This document shows positions 24,850-37,375 of a stretch of 47,047 bases of DNA, piece after piece. A program made the position numbers and the translations under genes. Position 1 is the stretch's first letter, and the number at the start of each line of letters is the position of its first letter. Origin of the DNA: Octopus bimaculoides. Taxonomy: Eukaryota. The notes under the pieces are model-generated. The model was not told the origin of the DNA, searched no databases, and saw only the letters and a list, made by a program, of their open reading frames with translations. Where the stretch lies: the NCBI RefSeq assembly GCF_001194135.2, contig NC_068989.1, forward strand, positions 54,904,136 to 54,951,182, in the 5' to 3' direction.

Positions 24850-25300
24850 TTCGGAGTAGAGCATATGGAAAAACATATCTGGTTTTTAAGACCGACGAAG
24901 AAACTAGTACATGGATAAAACTTATGATATACATATGAGTCACAAGTTGGCATCACAGTGCATGAGTTTTAGGAACCCTTCGACCATAACTGGAGATATT
25001 GACCAGAAACTCAATTTTTAGTTGGGTGTCAGTATTGTGCAAAAGTTAGGATATATAGTTAGCACAAAATTGAATTGCAATATGGGGTCTAGTATAATTT
25101 GTATATCATAAGGATCTAGAAGTCAAGAAATCTATCCGAGAGCTCTATCCTACTGACGAAGTGGATGGTAGGTCAATAAGATATGTTGTGTGAAACATAA
25201 GGCCCAGTTGCTACACATGTGGTAGTAAAGTCATTTGAGGAACATATATCCACAAGAAAAGAGAAAGTAATGGGAAAATCAACGGGGTGGAGAGTAGCTG
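24850..25300 (+). pseudogene. L1/Tx1-like ORF1 (gag-like) relic with a zinc knuckle
   Basis: DGRSIRYVV*NIRPSCYTCGSK-HLRNIYPQ (one frameshift) is a degenerate CX2CX4HX4C in the context typical of L1/Tx1 ORF1. Confidence 0.55.
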
Positions 25301-27112
25301 AAGCACTAGTGCTACTATCGGTTGGTTCCAAGATTGTAAAATTTGGCTGCTGACGCTTTTGTATGAGTACCACCACTGCAGATCTGAGATCAAGCGTTGC
25401 CATGCATGAGAAGCCTAGGCAACTTCTACAGCGGGAGATCGGCTAAAAGATATCAACTACATTGCTACTCCCATCATCTTGTGGCGATGAGAAGGTGAAG
25501 ATTGGAGAAAAGTAGAAACTAATGAAGAAAATAAAGAGGAGTAAGAAAATGTTTCACCAGACACAAGGCAAGCTAAAAGTCGCTAACAAAGAGAGGACAG
25601 CTCTACGGGGAAACCGAACTTTACTGTGACCCGAGGAAAAAGAATATAACCAAAATGGAATTGTTGTAGTAGAAAATAAATGTACGAAAGCACTTACTGG
25701 AGATAACCATAAAGTTACACAGCTGATGAAAACACATCTTTGATATTATGCAAAAGTGTTGTAAGTTTAAAACGTTGCTTTTTCAGAAAACTAAAAAATA
25801 GTTTCGCCATTCCATAGCAAAACTGTTGAACTACACTTTGACAATTTTTTAGATCTTGGCATCCGAAGCAAGTGGAGATAAGATAGTTTGACCAAAAGAA
25901 CCGGCTGTTGCGAGCAAAAACAAATACTGAAAAACAAAACACTTTTGGCCAAAATTGGACATACGACAGTTTAACATAACAGCAACTACATGAACTGTCA
26001 ACTATAGAACAAATGCAGCACTATGTGGAGGAAAGAGGGGCTGAATCTAAGTTTCGACTGCATTTACTTATGTCTGAATTCAGAAGGCCAGGGTCGCAAT
26101 TAGGTGAGACGAATCGTCCGGTGGTCTCTTACTCTACCAACGTGGGGATTTCTTACTTTTGCGTAGGTGTGTAGTGCATCTGAACTCATATTACAAGAGG
26201 TGTCTTTGTTGTCACATTTGTGCAAATTATCTTTAAGCGAACAATCAATGGATGGCATTTCCCGATATTCATTTGCCCCCATAACACACACATACATGTA
26301 TATATATATATATATATATNNNNNNNNNNNNNNNNNNNNNNNNNNNNNNNNNNNNNNNNNNNNNNNNNNNNNNNNNNNNNNNNNNNNNNNNNNNNNNNNN
26401 NNNNNNNNNNNNNNNNNNNNNNNNNNNNNNNNNNNNNNNNNNNNNNNNNNNNNNNNNNNNNNNNNNNNNNNNNNNNNNNNNNNNNNNNNNNNNNNNNNNN
26501 NNNNNNNNNNNNNNNNNNNNNNNNNNNNNNNNNNNNNNNNNNNNNNNNNNNNNNNNNNNNNNNNNNNNNNNNNNNNNNNNNNNNNNNNNNNNNNNNNNNN
26601 NNNNNNNNNNNNNNNNNNNNNNNNNNNNNNNNNNNNNNNNNNNNNNNNNNNNNNNNNNNNNNNNNNNNNNNNNNNNNNNNNNNNNNNNNNNNNNNNNNNN
26701 NNNNNNNNNNNNNNNNNNNNNNNNNNNNNNNNNNNNNNNNNNNNNNNNNNNNNNNNNNNNNNNNNNNNNNNNNNNNNNNNNNNNNNNNNNNNNNNNNNNN
26801 NNNNNNNNNNNNNNNNNNNNNNNNNNNNNNNNNNNNNNNNNNNNNNNNNNNNNNNNNNNNNNNNNNNNNNNNNNNNNNNNNNNNNNNNNNNNNNNNNNNN
26901 NNNNNNNNNNNNNNNNNNNNNNNNNNNNNNNNNNNNNNNNNNNNNNNNNNNNNNNNNNNNNNNNNNNNNNNNNNNNNNNNNNNNNNNNNNNNNATATATA
27001 TATATACATATATATAATTAATCGAAAAATACTAAGGAAGAACACAAGAAAAAACAACAATGTGAGAACGTGGTACATGGAAAGTATTAAAAGACGCTCA
27101 GGAAGGAAATAA

Positions 27113-27153
27113 TGAGGGTCTTACGTTTTGAGCAAAGCCCTTCTTCAGAAACA
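27113..27153 (-). ncRNA. Minimal type I hammerhead relic (G12-to-A substitution)
   Basis: Minus strand UGUUU-CUGAAGA-A-GGGC(UUU)GCUC-AAAA-C-GUA-AGAC. Confidence 0.55.
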
Positions 27154-27239
27154 GAAGAAAGAAAGAAGAAAGTCCAAGAGAAAAATAAATACGGAGGTGA
27201 AAAATGGCCAACAATCCACATGAAATATTCTCTCATTCT

Positions 27240-27665
27240 TTTATCGTTTTGCTTGTTTCAGGCATTTGATGTGCGAACACGTTGGTGCATCGTCTTAAAG
27301 AATTTTTAGTCAAAGAAATCAGTCCAGTATTTACTCTATTTTAGCCTGCTACTTATTCCATATGATTTGTCTCTTTTGCCGAACTGCTAACTTACGGGGT
27401 CTTACACACACCAATACCAGTTGTCAAGTGGCGGTGGAGGACAAACAGTCAGACACACGCACGCACGCGCACGCGCACGCGCGCGCACATACACACGCGC
27501 ACAAACAAACACACACACACACACATATGTGTATATAATATATAAATATACCAGAGACTTCTTTCAGTTCCACATCTACTCGCGATGCCTTGGTCAGCCC
27601 GAGGCTAATGTAGAAGACACTTGCCCCCAGGTGCCACGTAGAAGGACTGAATTTGGAATCACACA
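27240..27665 (-). mobile_element. Decayed CORE-type SINE
   Basis: Collinear with 9720-10094; includes CTCTTTTGCCGAACTGCTAACTTACGGGG and AGAAGACACTTGCCCCCAGGTGCCAC. Confidence 0.85.
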
Positions 27666-27858
27666 CCCACGGTCACTCAAAATCTAGCTAATTGCAAGTG
27701 AATATGGTTTCGCTGATAAGGCCTAACAAAATCGAAACATGTCCACTCATCAGTTGACAACAAAAACAAGTTCAGCTCACGACTGCATTGTTTGAATTTT
27801 CCAAAACTGCAGAACGAGTCCAAGAAGAAAAGAGAAGATATTTGGCGCCTTCTGTCAA

Positions 27859-27898
<40 letters not shown>

Positions 27899-29371
27899 NN
27901 NNNNNNNNNNNNNNNNNNNNNNNNNNNNNNNNNNNNNNNNNNNNNNNNNNNNNNNNNNNNNNNNNNNNNNNNNNNNNNNNNNNNNNNNNNNNNNNNNNNN
28001 NNNNNNNNNNNNNNNNNNNNNNNNNNNNNNNNNNNNNNNNNNNNNNNNNNNNNNNNNNNNNNNNNNNNNNNNNNNNNNNNNNNNNNNNNNNNNNNNNNNN
28101 NNNNNNNNNNNNNNNNNNNNNNNNNNNNNNNNNNNNNNNNNNNNNNNNNNNNNNNNNNNNNNNNNNNNNNNNNNNNNNNNNNNNNNNNNNNNNNNNNNNN
28201 NNNNNNNNNNNNNNNNNNNNNNNNNNNNNNNNNNNNNNNNNNNNNNNNNNNNNNNNNNNNNNNNNNNNNNNNNNNNNNNNNNNNNNNNNNNNNNNNNNNN
28301 NNNNNNNNNNNNNNNNNNNNNNNNNNNNNNNNNNNNNNNNNNNNNNNNNNNNNNNNNNNNNNNNNNNNNNNNNNNNNNNNNNNNNNNNNNNNNNNNNNNN
28401 NNNNNNNNNNNNNNNNNNNNNNNNNNNNNNNNNNNNNNNNNNNNNNNNNNNCACACATACCCTGTATGGTTATATATATACACACATACACACATCTGTA
28501 TGTCTGTCTATCTGTCTGTCTGTATGTATGTATGTATGTATGTATGTGTGTATGCATCGTGTGTGCATGCTGTTTGTATGTATATTTCATTTCAATATGC
28601 ATAATTAGTAGCGCCCAGAGAACGCATAAATATTTACATATATATTTATACATACTTGCATACATACTATGCATATAAAAATGCACGGAGCCAGCTCATA
28701 CATATATGTACGTATGCATGAATGTATGTATATCTGCATGCATGTATGTATATATGTATGTATGTATATATGTATGTATGTATGCATGTATGTATATATT
28801 ATGTGCAAGCGTACGTGCGTACTAATAAATGTACGTGCACACTCACGCACACAGTTACCCCTCGGACAAGCTTGTACACTTACATATACGTGTGTACACT
28901 TGCACACGCTTACATACACATACGCACATATTTGCATACATACACACACACATATAAATACGTGTGGGTGTGTTCGTGAGTTTGTTCGTATGTGCGTGTG
29001 TGTGTGTGTGTGTGTGTATGTGTGTGTGTGCGCGCGCATACACACAAATATTCAGTGTTTATTCCTGTTTGGTATAGGATTTATTTTTATTCTCTAGCCT
29101 CTCAGTAATTTGTATCTTGGTTGCCAATTAAAAAGAAGCATATATGACAAGTGATTCTGTTTGACACGGCTGCGCAATCCCAGACGCCGGCTGATCTGTC
29201 ATCACGGAACAATGAAATACTGAGACTTGTCTTGGCTTCTGTAAAACCAGTCTCCCGGGAATTCCATAATAACTTCGTTTGAACAGATTTGCTTCAGAAG
29301 TTTCCTGTGATAGACATAACAGACTTGGCCAGCACCTGCAGACATATTATAATGGTTTGAAGACGGAAGAT

Positions 29372-29685
<314 letters not shown>

Positions 29686-29854
29686 GAGAGTAAAGAAATA
29701 GACAAACAAACAAAAAAAGACAAAGTAGAGGTGGCGAGGCATAGTGAAAGGCGGTCGGGACTGAGAGTGTGGAAGAGACCAGAATGAAAGAATTTCGCGA
29801 AATACAGAAGAAAAACCAAATGATGGAAGGACTTTTGGTGAATTTAAGAGAGAG

Positions 29855-29895
<41 letters not shown>

Positions 29896-30100
29896 GATAA
29901 GCAGACATAAAGAGAGAGAAAGATCAAAGTACTGAAATAAATAGACAAATAGATGGATGACAGAGGTAAGATGTGATGTCTGTGTATGTTTGTGTGGATG
30001 TTTGCGTGTTTGTACGTAGGTGTGTGTGTCTGTGTGTCGCAACTTATTTCGTTGTAGTTTTTTTTAATGTCTGTGTCTATATATTTACACGCATACACAC

Positions 30101-30133
<33 letters not shown>

Positions 30134-30714
30134 TTCTATATACAACTAGCTNNNNNNNNNNNNNNNNNNNNNNNNNNNNNNNNNNNNNNNNNNNNNNNNN
30201 NNNNNNNNNNNNNNNNNNNNNNNNNNNNNNNNNNNNNNNNNNNNNNNNNNNNNNNNNNNNNNNNNNNNNNNNNNNNNNNNNNNNNNNNNNNNNNNNNNNN
30301 NNNNNNNNNNNNNNNNNNNNNNNNNNNNNNNNNNNNNNNNNNNNNNNNNNNNNNNNNNNNNNNNNNNNNNNNNNNNNNNNNNNNNNNNNNNNNNNNNNNN
30401 NNNNNNNNNNNNNNNNNNNNNNNNNNNNNNNNNNNNNNNNNNNNNNNNNNNNNNNNNNNNNNNNNNNNNNNNNNNNNNNNNNNNNNNNNNNNNNNNNNNN
30501 NNNNNNNNNNNNNNNNNNNNNNNNNNNNNNNNNNNNNNNNNNNNNNNNNNNNNNNNNNNNNNNNNNNNNNNNNNNNNNNNNNNNNNNNNNNNNNNNNNNN
30601 NNNNNNNNNNNNNNNNNNNNNNNNNNNNNNNNNNNNNNNNNNNNNNNNNATAGATAGATAGATACATACATACATACATATATAGGTATGTAGATAGATA
30701 GCTAGCTAGCTAGC

Positions 30715-30770
<56 letters not shown>

Positions 30771-30772
<2 letters not shown>

Positions 30773-31055
30773 TTCTATCAGACTCTTTCACCGAACCGCT
30801 AGGTTATGGGGACGTAAACACACCAACATCGGTTGTCAAGTGATGGTGGGGCACAGACACGCACGCGCACACACACACACACACACATATGTATACGACG
30901 GGCTTCTTTCAGTTTCCGTCTACCAAATCCACTCACAAAGCTTTGGTCGGCTTGAGGCTATAGTAGACACTTACCCAAGGTTCCATACAGTGGGTCTGAA
31001 CTCGGAACCATGTGGTTAGGTACCATGCTTCTTACCACACTGCCACTTCTGCGCC
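30771..31055 (-). mobile_element. CORE-type SINE, tail truncated
   Basis: Head and core are well preserved; the 3' part is replaced by (GATA)n. Confidence 0.9.
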
Positions 31056-31166
31056 TATAGCAGTAATTCATAAAGAACTTTGTCAGTTTGCAGTGGATTC
31101 CCTTCACTCATGTTAGTTAATGACCATGAAATTAATAAAAAAAATTTTTTATAAGATATAAGTTAT

Positions 31167-31474
31167 AAATAAGATGATAATCTATTTTCAAACGCATGAC
31201 TGCTGATATAACAGCAGGAATATTCGATATGATGTCCTTACAAAGCGGAAAAATTTGTCAGCAACTAGCCCTGAGACTCGAACTCACATCCCTCGAAGTT
31301 TCCAGCCAAGTGCTTTACCAGTTAAGCTAAACTGCCCGGAAACTTCAAGCGATGTGAGTTCGGGTCTCATGGCTGGCTGCTGACAAATTTTTCCGCTTTG
31401 TAAGGTTATCATATCCAATATTCCTGGAGTTACATCAGCGGTCATGCGTTTGGGAATAAATCATCATCTTATTT
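31167..31474. repeat. Fold-back element: 137-bp inverted arms and a 34-nt loop, containing a tRNA-like Pol III unit on the minus strand
   Basis: Arms 31167-31303 and 31338-31474 align without gaps, with about 17 mismatches by eye. Minus strand carries A-box TAGCTTAACTGG, B-box GTTCGAGTC and a T5 run. Confidence 0.92.
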
Positions 31475-32184
31475 GTATCTTGCAGTACACATTTCAACGC
31501 TTATAAAATAACAAACGTTAGTTTGTTTACATTTATAGTCATATGTGTGTGTATGTGTATGTGTGTGTGCGTACACACACATACACACACATATACAAAC
31601 CTTTGTTAGTTGACCAGGCAAGCTTAACTAAATATATTAATCTGATGTCGTTAATAAACCGAAACATACGTCCATAGTTATCTTTTGCCCCGTAGCAATG
31701 ATGAATCACCCCTCTAAGCTAAAAAACTAACTTTGAGAAATTAATTTTCTAAAATTATCTTTCCTTATTTTGGGAGCTGCATATACAATTCTAAGTAGGG
31801 TTTTGTTTCCTTTCTCCAAGGTGGAACATTAAATGAATTAAGAACTTCCTTGTATGGTACTCAGTACATTATTCCTTAACTTTCTAATGCACAGAGTAAG
31901 ATTAACTGGAGAGGGAGAGAGAGAGTGACGAAGAATAGAAGAGGAAAAGAGAGAAAGATAGAAAATTAGTAAGAGAAACGAGGGAGAGAGGGAGAGGGTA
32001 AAAATGTTGTTGACTCTGCTGCGCTAAAATGACGCTGGACAGGTGCTCTGTCACTCTTGTAATACTCAGTTTTGCCGGTGAAGTGAAATGGAGCAACGTG
32101 ATATACAGTGCCTTGTCAAAGAGCACAGAATACCCTTCGGACTGGGAATCGAACCGACGACCTTATTATCGAGTAGCCAATATA

Positions 32185-32286
32185 GTATTTTCTACTATAG
32201 CCACAAGACGACTAAAGCCTTGTGAGTGGATTCGGTGGACGGAAACTGAAAGGAATCAATATATGTATAAATATGCATGTGTGTGT

Positions 32287-32343
<57 letters not shown>

Positions 32344-32451
32344 TGAGTGTGTGAGTGAGTGTGTATGTGTGTGTGTATACTTTTGTGTAAATATATATAT
32401 ATAGAGATAGATAGATAGATTTGTGTGTATGTGTGTATATGTGTGTGCGTG

Positions 32452-32494
<43 letters not shown>

Positions 32495-32700
32495 TTGTGT
32501 TTGTGTTTGTCCCCTACCACCGCTTCACAACAAGTGGTGGTTTGTTTACGTCCCTGTAACGTATCAGTTCGGCAAAACAAAAAGAAAAGAGAAAATCCAC
32601 AGAATAAGTACCAGACTAAACACCGGGTTACATTTGATCGACTAAAACCCTTCAAGCCGGTGCTCCAGCATGGTCACTATCCAGTGACTGAAACAACTAA
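32185..32700 (+). mobile_element. CORE-type SINE with expanded internal (TG)n
   Basis: TTCTACTATAGCC...AAAGCCTTGTGAGTGGATT...GGAAACTGAAAG core, and tail CCGGTGCTCCAGCATGG...GACTGAAACAA. Confidence 0.85.
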
Positions 32701-33713
32701 GAAGGGAAAGACAAAAGAGCAAAAACAGCAACAAAAATATCCAACAGGGCCGACGAGAGAGCAAGAGATTGAAAAGGAAGATTTTGAGACATATAAATAT
32801 AACGCTTATGTAACAATACAGAATAGTCTATAGCCGTTCTTTAAATGTTTGTGGTCTTGTGTCATCCTAATAAATCAATAAAGGTATTTATCTATATTCT
32901 TTTTTTTTCCTCTTGTACTTGAGTATAAAGCGTGAAATATATAAAATTCGTAACAAAAGTGTTTCGTTATTTTGATGTATNNNNNNNNNNNNNNNNNNNN
33001 NNNNNNNNNNNNNNNNNNNNNNNNNNNNNNNNNNNNNNNNNNNNNNNNNNNNNNNNNNNNNNNNNNNNNNNNNNNNNNNNNNNNNNNNNNNNNNNNNNNN
33101 NNNNNNNNNNNNNNNNNNNNNNNNNNNNNNNNNNNNNNNNNNNNNNNNNNNNNNNNNNNNNNNNNNNNNNNNNNNNNNNNNNNNNNNNNNNNNNNNNNNN
33201 NNNNNNNNNNNNNNNNNNNNNNNNNNNNNNNNNNNNNNNNNNNNNNNNNNNNNNNNNNNNNNNNNNNNNNNNNNNNNNNNNNNNNNNNNNNNNNNNNNNN
33301 NNNNNNNNNNNNNNNNNNNNNNNNNNNNNNNNNNNNNNNNNNNNNNNNNNNNNNNNNNNNNNNNNNNNNNNNNNNNNNNNNNNNNNNNNNNNNNNNNNNN
33401 NNNNNNNNNNNNNNNNNNNNNNNNNNNNNNNNNNNNNNNNNNNNNNNNNNNNNNNNNNNNNNNNNNNNNNNNNNNNNNNNNNNNNNNNNNNNNNNNNNNN
33501 NNNNNNNNNNNNNNNNNNNNNNNNNNNNNNNNNNNNNNNNNNNNNNNNNNNNNNNNNNNNNNNNNNNNNNNNNNNNNNNNNNNNNNNNNNNNNNNNNNNN
33601 NNNNNNNNNNNNNNNNNNNNNNNNNNNNNNNNNNNNNNNNNNNNNNNNNNNNNNNNNNNNNNNNNNNNNNNNATATACATATATATGTATATATATATAT
33701 ATACATATATATG

Positions 33714-33745
<32 letters not shown>

Positions 33746-34626
33746 CGTGTGTGTGTGTGAGTGTGTGAGTGTATACATATATATATATGCGTACGTGTGT
33801 ATGCTTGCATATATGTACTATGTATGTATACATAAATGCATGAATTTATATAAATGTATGTAGAGAGAGAAATGGAGGCACAGTAAATGCGTGAGGGTGT
33901 GTGTACATATGTATATTTGTGTATATCTGTGTGTGTGTGCGTATGTGTATGTATGTGTGTGCATGCGTGTGTTCGTGTAGGTGCGTGCATGTGTGCATTT
34001 CTGTGTTCGCGTGTGTGCGTGCGTGCGTGTGTGTGTATGTGTGTGTGTGCCTGTCTCTTACGTGTTGACGTGTTTGCATTGCATTGCACCGATGAATCTA
34101 CCTATATTGCATCGTTCAAAAGGAAGTTACATATCATTAGATGTGTCGCTTCGTTGCTTTCAAAAGACCGTTTTATACAAGACACAGTGAGTGACTGCGC
34201 CTGTCGTATATCCCTATATGTTTTAGAAATTACATATACACACACACAGACACACACACACGTATATATATATATATATATGCAAACATACATATATACT
34301 TCCATGTATACGCACATACATATGCGCTTAAAATGTTTCTGTGTGTGTGTGTGCCGGTGTAATGCAGAATATATGTGCATTGACGAGTGTGAATGCAAGA
34401 GAGTGTGCGCGTGTCTGAGAGAAAGAGCGGGATAAGAAACTGGGAATTGTAGCAGTTATGACGTAAAAGCATCGATTCCAAAATGGTCATAGACAATGCC
34501 CTAGTGTGTATGAGCGTTGCCTTTAATTCTCTATGGCCTATTCTCTCGGTTTCAATGGTCAGCTGAAACCATTCCACCAACAATGATAATGGTCTTGGAG
34601 AAGGTCAAAAGATGACAATTTTTTCT

Positions 34627-34664
<38 letters not shown>

Positions 34665-34999
34665 CACATATATGCATATGAGAATNNNNNNNNNNNNNNN
34701 NNNNNNNNNNNNNNNNNNNNNNNNNNNNNNNNNNNNNNNNNNNNNNNNNNNNNNNNNNNNNNNNNNNNNNNNNNNNNNNNNNNNNNNNNNNNNNNNNNNN
34801 NNNNNNNNNNNNNNNNNNNNNNNNNNNNNNNNNNNNNNNNNNNNNNNNNNNNNNNNNNNNNNNNNNNNNNNNNNNNNNNNNNNNNNNNNNNNNNNNNNNN
34901 NNNNNNNNNNNNNNNNNNNNNNNNNNNNNNNNNNNNNNNNNNNNNNNNNNNNNNNNNNNNNNNNNNNNNNNNNNNNNNNNNNNNNNNNNNNNNNNNNNN

Positions 35000-35078
<79 letters not shown>

Positions 35079-35631
35079 CACATATATGCATATGAGAATT
35101 TCTGTAGCGATAAATGCGCGTAAATAAACACACACGTATAATGATATACACATATACATGCACGCACAAGCACGAACGCGCACGCACACACGCAAACATA
35201 TACTCACAAGCGCACGAAGAAGTCTGCGCAAATACAAACACATACATTTATACATGTATGAACTAAGCGTGTGTTTCTATGTGTAATATGGTAAAATATA
35301 TATTAGGTGTATACATGGTGTGTTTACGCGTGTGTGTGTCTGTGGAGGTGTATATATATGTATATATACATACATATGTATATACATTCCTACACATATG
35401 CATACCAACGTTCGTCTAGGTAAAATATGTATGTACATGTGTGTGTGCGAGTGTGTGTATGTACGTGTACGTGTGTGCGTGTGTGCGTGCTTATGTGTGT
35501 GAATGTATGTATGTATGTATGTACATCATATTGTACTTTATCAAAAATATCAGAACAGCAAAGAACATTCGCTATAGAAAAGTATGTGTGCGTACATACA
35601 TACATACATACATACATACATNNNNNNNNNN

Positions 35632-35669
<38 letters not shown>

Positions 35670-37006
35670 TACATTTATGTATATATGTATGTATGTATGT
35701 ATATTCGTATACATACATACATTTATACATCCTTCTTATAGACATACATATATAAAGAATTCCTGCAGGAAGCTATGTTTCACTGAACTCGCAGAGTCTA
35801 AAAGCCCGTGACTGTGGACCACTGAAGCGATGAAGTAAATCAATGATGCGTTAAAAATTGCTTTGAAGTTGTATATCATTGAAGCAAAGATTCCAGTATC
35901 GCTTGCTGGTGTTACATTATATATATTTTGTTCTGGTTGAAATAACTGCGAGTTGTAGAGCCATCTGTGCCACTGCTGATGCAAAATATACAAAGGTACA
36001 AAGATAAAGCAATATAATAATACAAACACGAACATTTGTGAGATTTTGGTTAGGATTTCAATTACACGCACTTACGCACGCACGCATGCACGCAAAAGTG
36101 TTTGTATGCGTTTGTATGTGTATATATATATATNNNNNNNNNNNNNNNNNNNNNNNNNNNNNNNNNNNNNNNNNNNNNNNNNNNNNNNNNNNNNNNNNNN
36201 NNNNNNNNNNNNNNNNNNNNNNNNNNNNNNNNNNNNNNNNNNNNNNNNNNNNNNNNNNNNNNNNNNNNNNNNNNNNNNNNNNNNNNNNNNNNNNNNNNNN
36301 NNNNNNNNNNNNNNNNNNNNNNNNNNNNNNNNNNNNNNNNNNNNNNNNNNNNNNNNNNNNNNNNNNNNNNNNNNNNNNNNNNNNNNNNNNNNNNNNNNNN
36401 NNNNNNNNNNNNNNNNNNNNNNNNNNNNNNNNNNNNNNNNNNNNNNNNNNNNNNNNNNNNNNNNNNNNNNNNNNNNNNNNNNNNNNNNNNNNNNNNNNNN
36501 NNNNNNNNNNNNNNNNNNNNNNNNNNNNNNNNNNNNNNNNNNNNNNNNNNNNNNNNNNNNNNNNNNNNNNNNNNNNNNNNNNNNNNNNNNNNNNNNNNNN
36601 NNNNNNNNNNNNNNNNNNNNNNNNNNNNNNNNNNNNNNNNNNNNNNNNNNNNNNNNNNNNNNNNNNNNNNNNNNNNNNNNNNNNNNNNNNNNNNNNNNNN
36701 NNNNNNNNNNNNNNNNNNNNNNNNNNNNNNNNNNNNNNNNNNNNNNNNNNNNNNNNNNNNNNNNNNNNNNNNNNNNNNNNNNNNNNNNNNNNNNNNNNNN
36801 NNNNNNNNNNNNNNNNNNNNNNNNNNNNNNNNNNNNNNNNNNNNNNNNNNNNNNNNNNNNNNNNNNNNNNNNNNNNNNNNNNNNNNNNNNNNNNNNNNNN
36901 NNNNNNNNNNNNNNNNNNNNNNNNNNNNNNNNNNNNNNNNNNNNNNNNNNNNNNNNNNNNNNNNNNNNNNNNNNNNNNNNNNNNNNNNNNNNNNNNNNNN
37001 NNNNNN

Positions 37007-37375
37007 TATAGAATGCTTTTGATTGATCCAAATTGATCAGAGCACTCCCGAAGCCAGTTTTGGTTCCAGCCCTCTCTATGATGTATCGCATAAGGTAGAG
37101 GTTGTCGTGTATAGACCTGCTCGGGATTGCGCACATTTGCGCTTCTCCGACCAGGCTACCGATGATTAGCGCCAACATTTTCGTTAACACCTTGGCCAAA
37201 ATCTTAAACTCTGTGTTTAGCAGAGTTATAGGCCGAAAATTCTCTAGTACGTCACCATTGTCGGTGTCCTTCCTCAGCAGTGTCACCACACCTCTGCTAA
37301 CAGCACTAAGAGTTTTCCCGTTCTGTTACCAGTTTCGGTAGACGTCTGTCAAGAGGTCGCCAAACAAATCTAGCA
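37007..37375 (-). mobile_element. L1/Tx1-clade LINE RT fragment, running into an assembly gap
   Basis: GVVTLLRKD...ENFRPITLLNTEFKILAKVL...IPSRSIHDNL...LINLDQSKAF. Confidence 0.9.

Noticed and set aside
31250-31337. Functional tRNA gene
   Set aside because: The anticodon stem is unpaired and there are 4 extra nt before the acceptor 3' strand; treated as tRNA-like only.
34660-35100. Direct repeat flanking the gap
   Set aside because: The same ~40 bp appears on both sides of an N run, typical of a contig overlap artefact.
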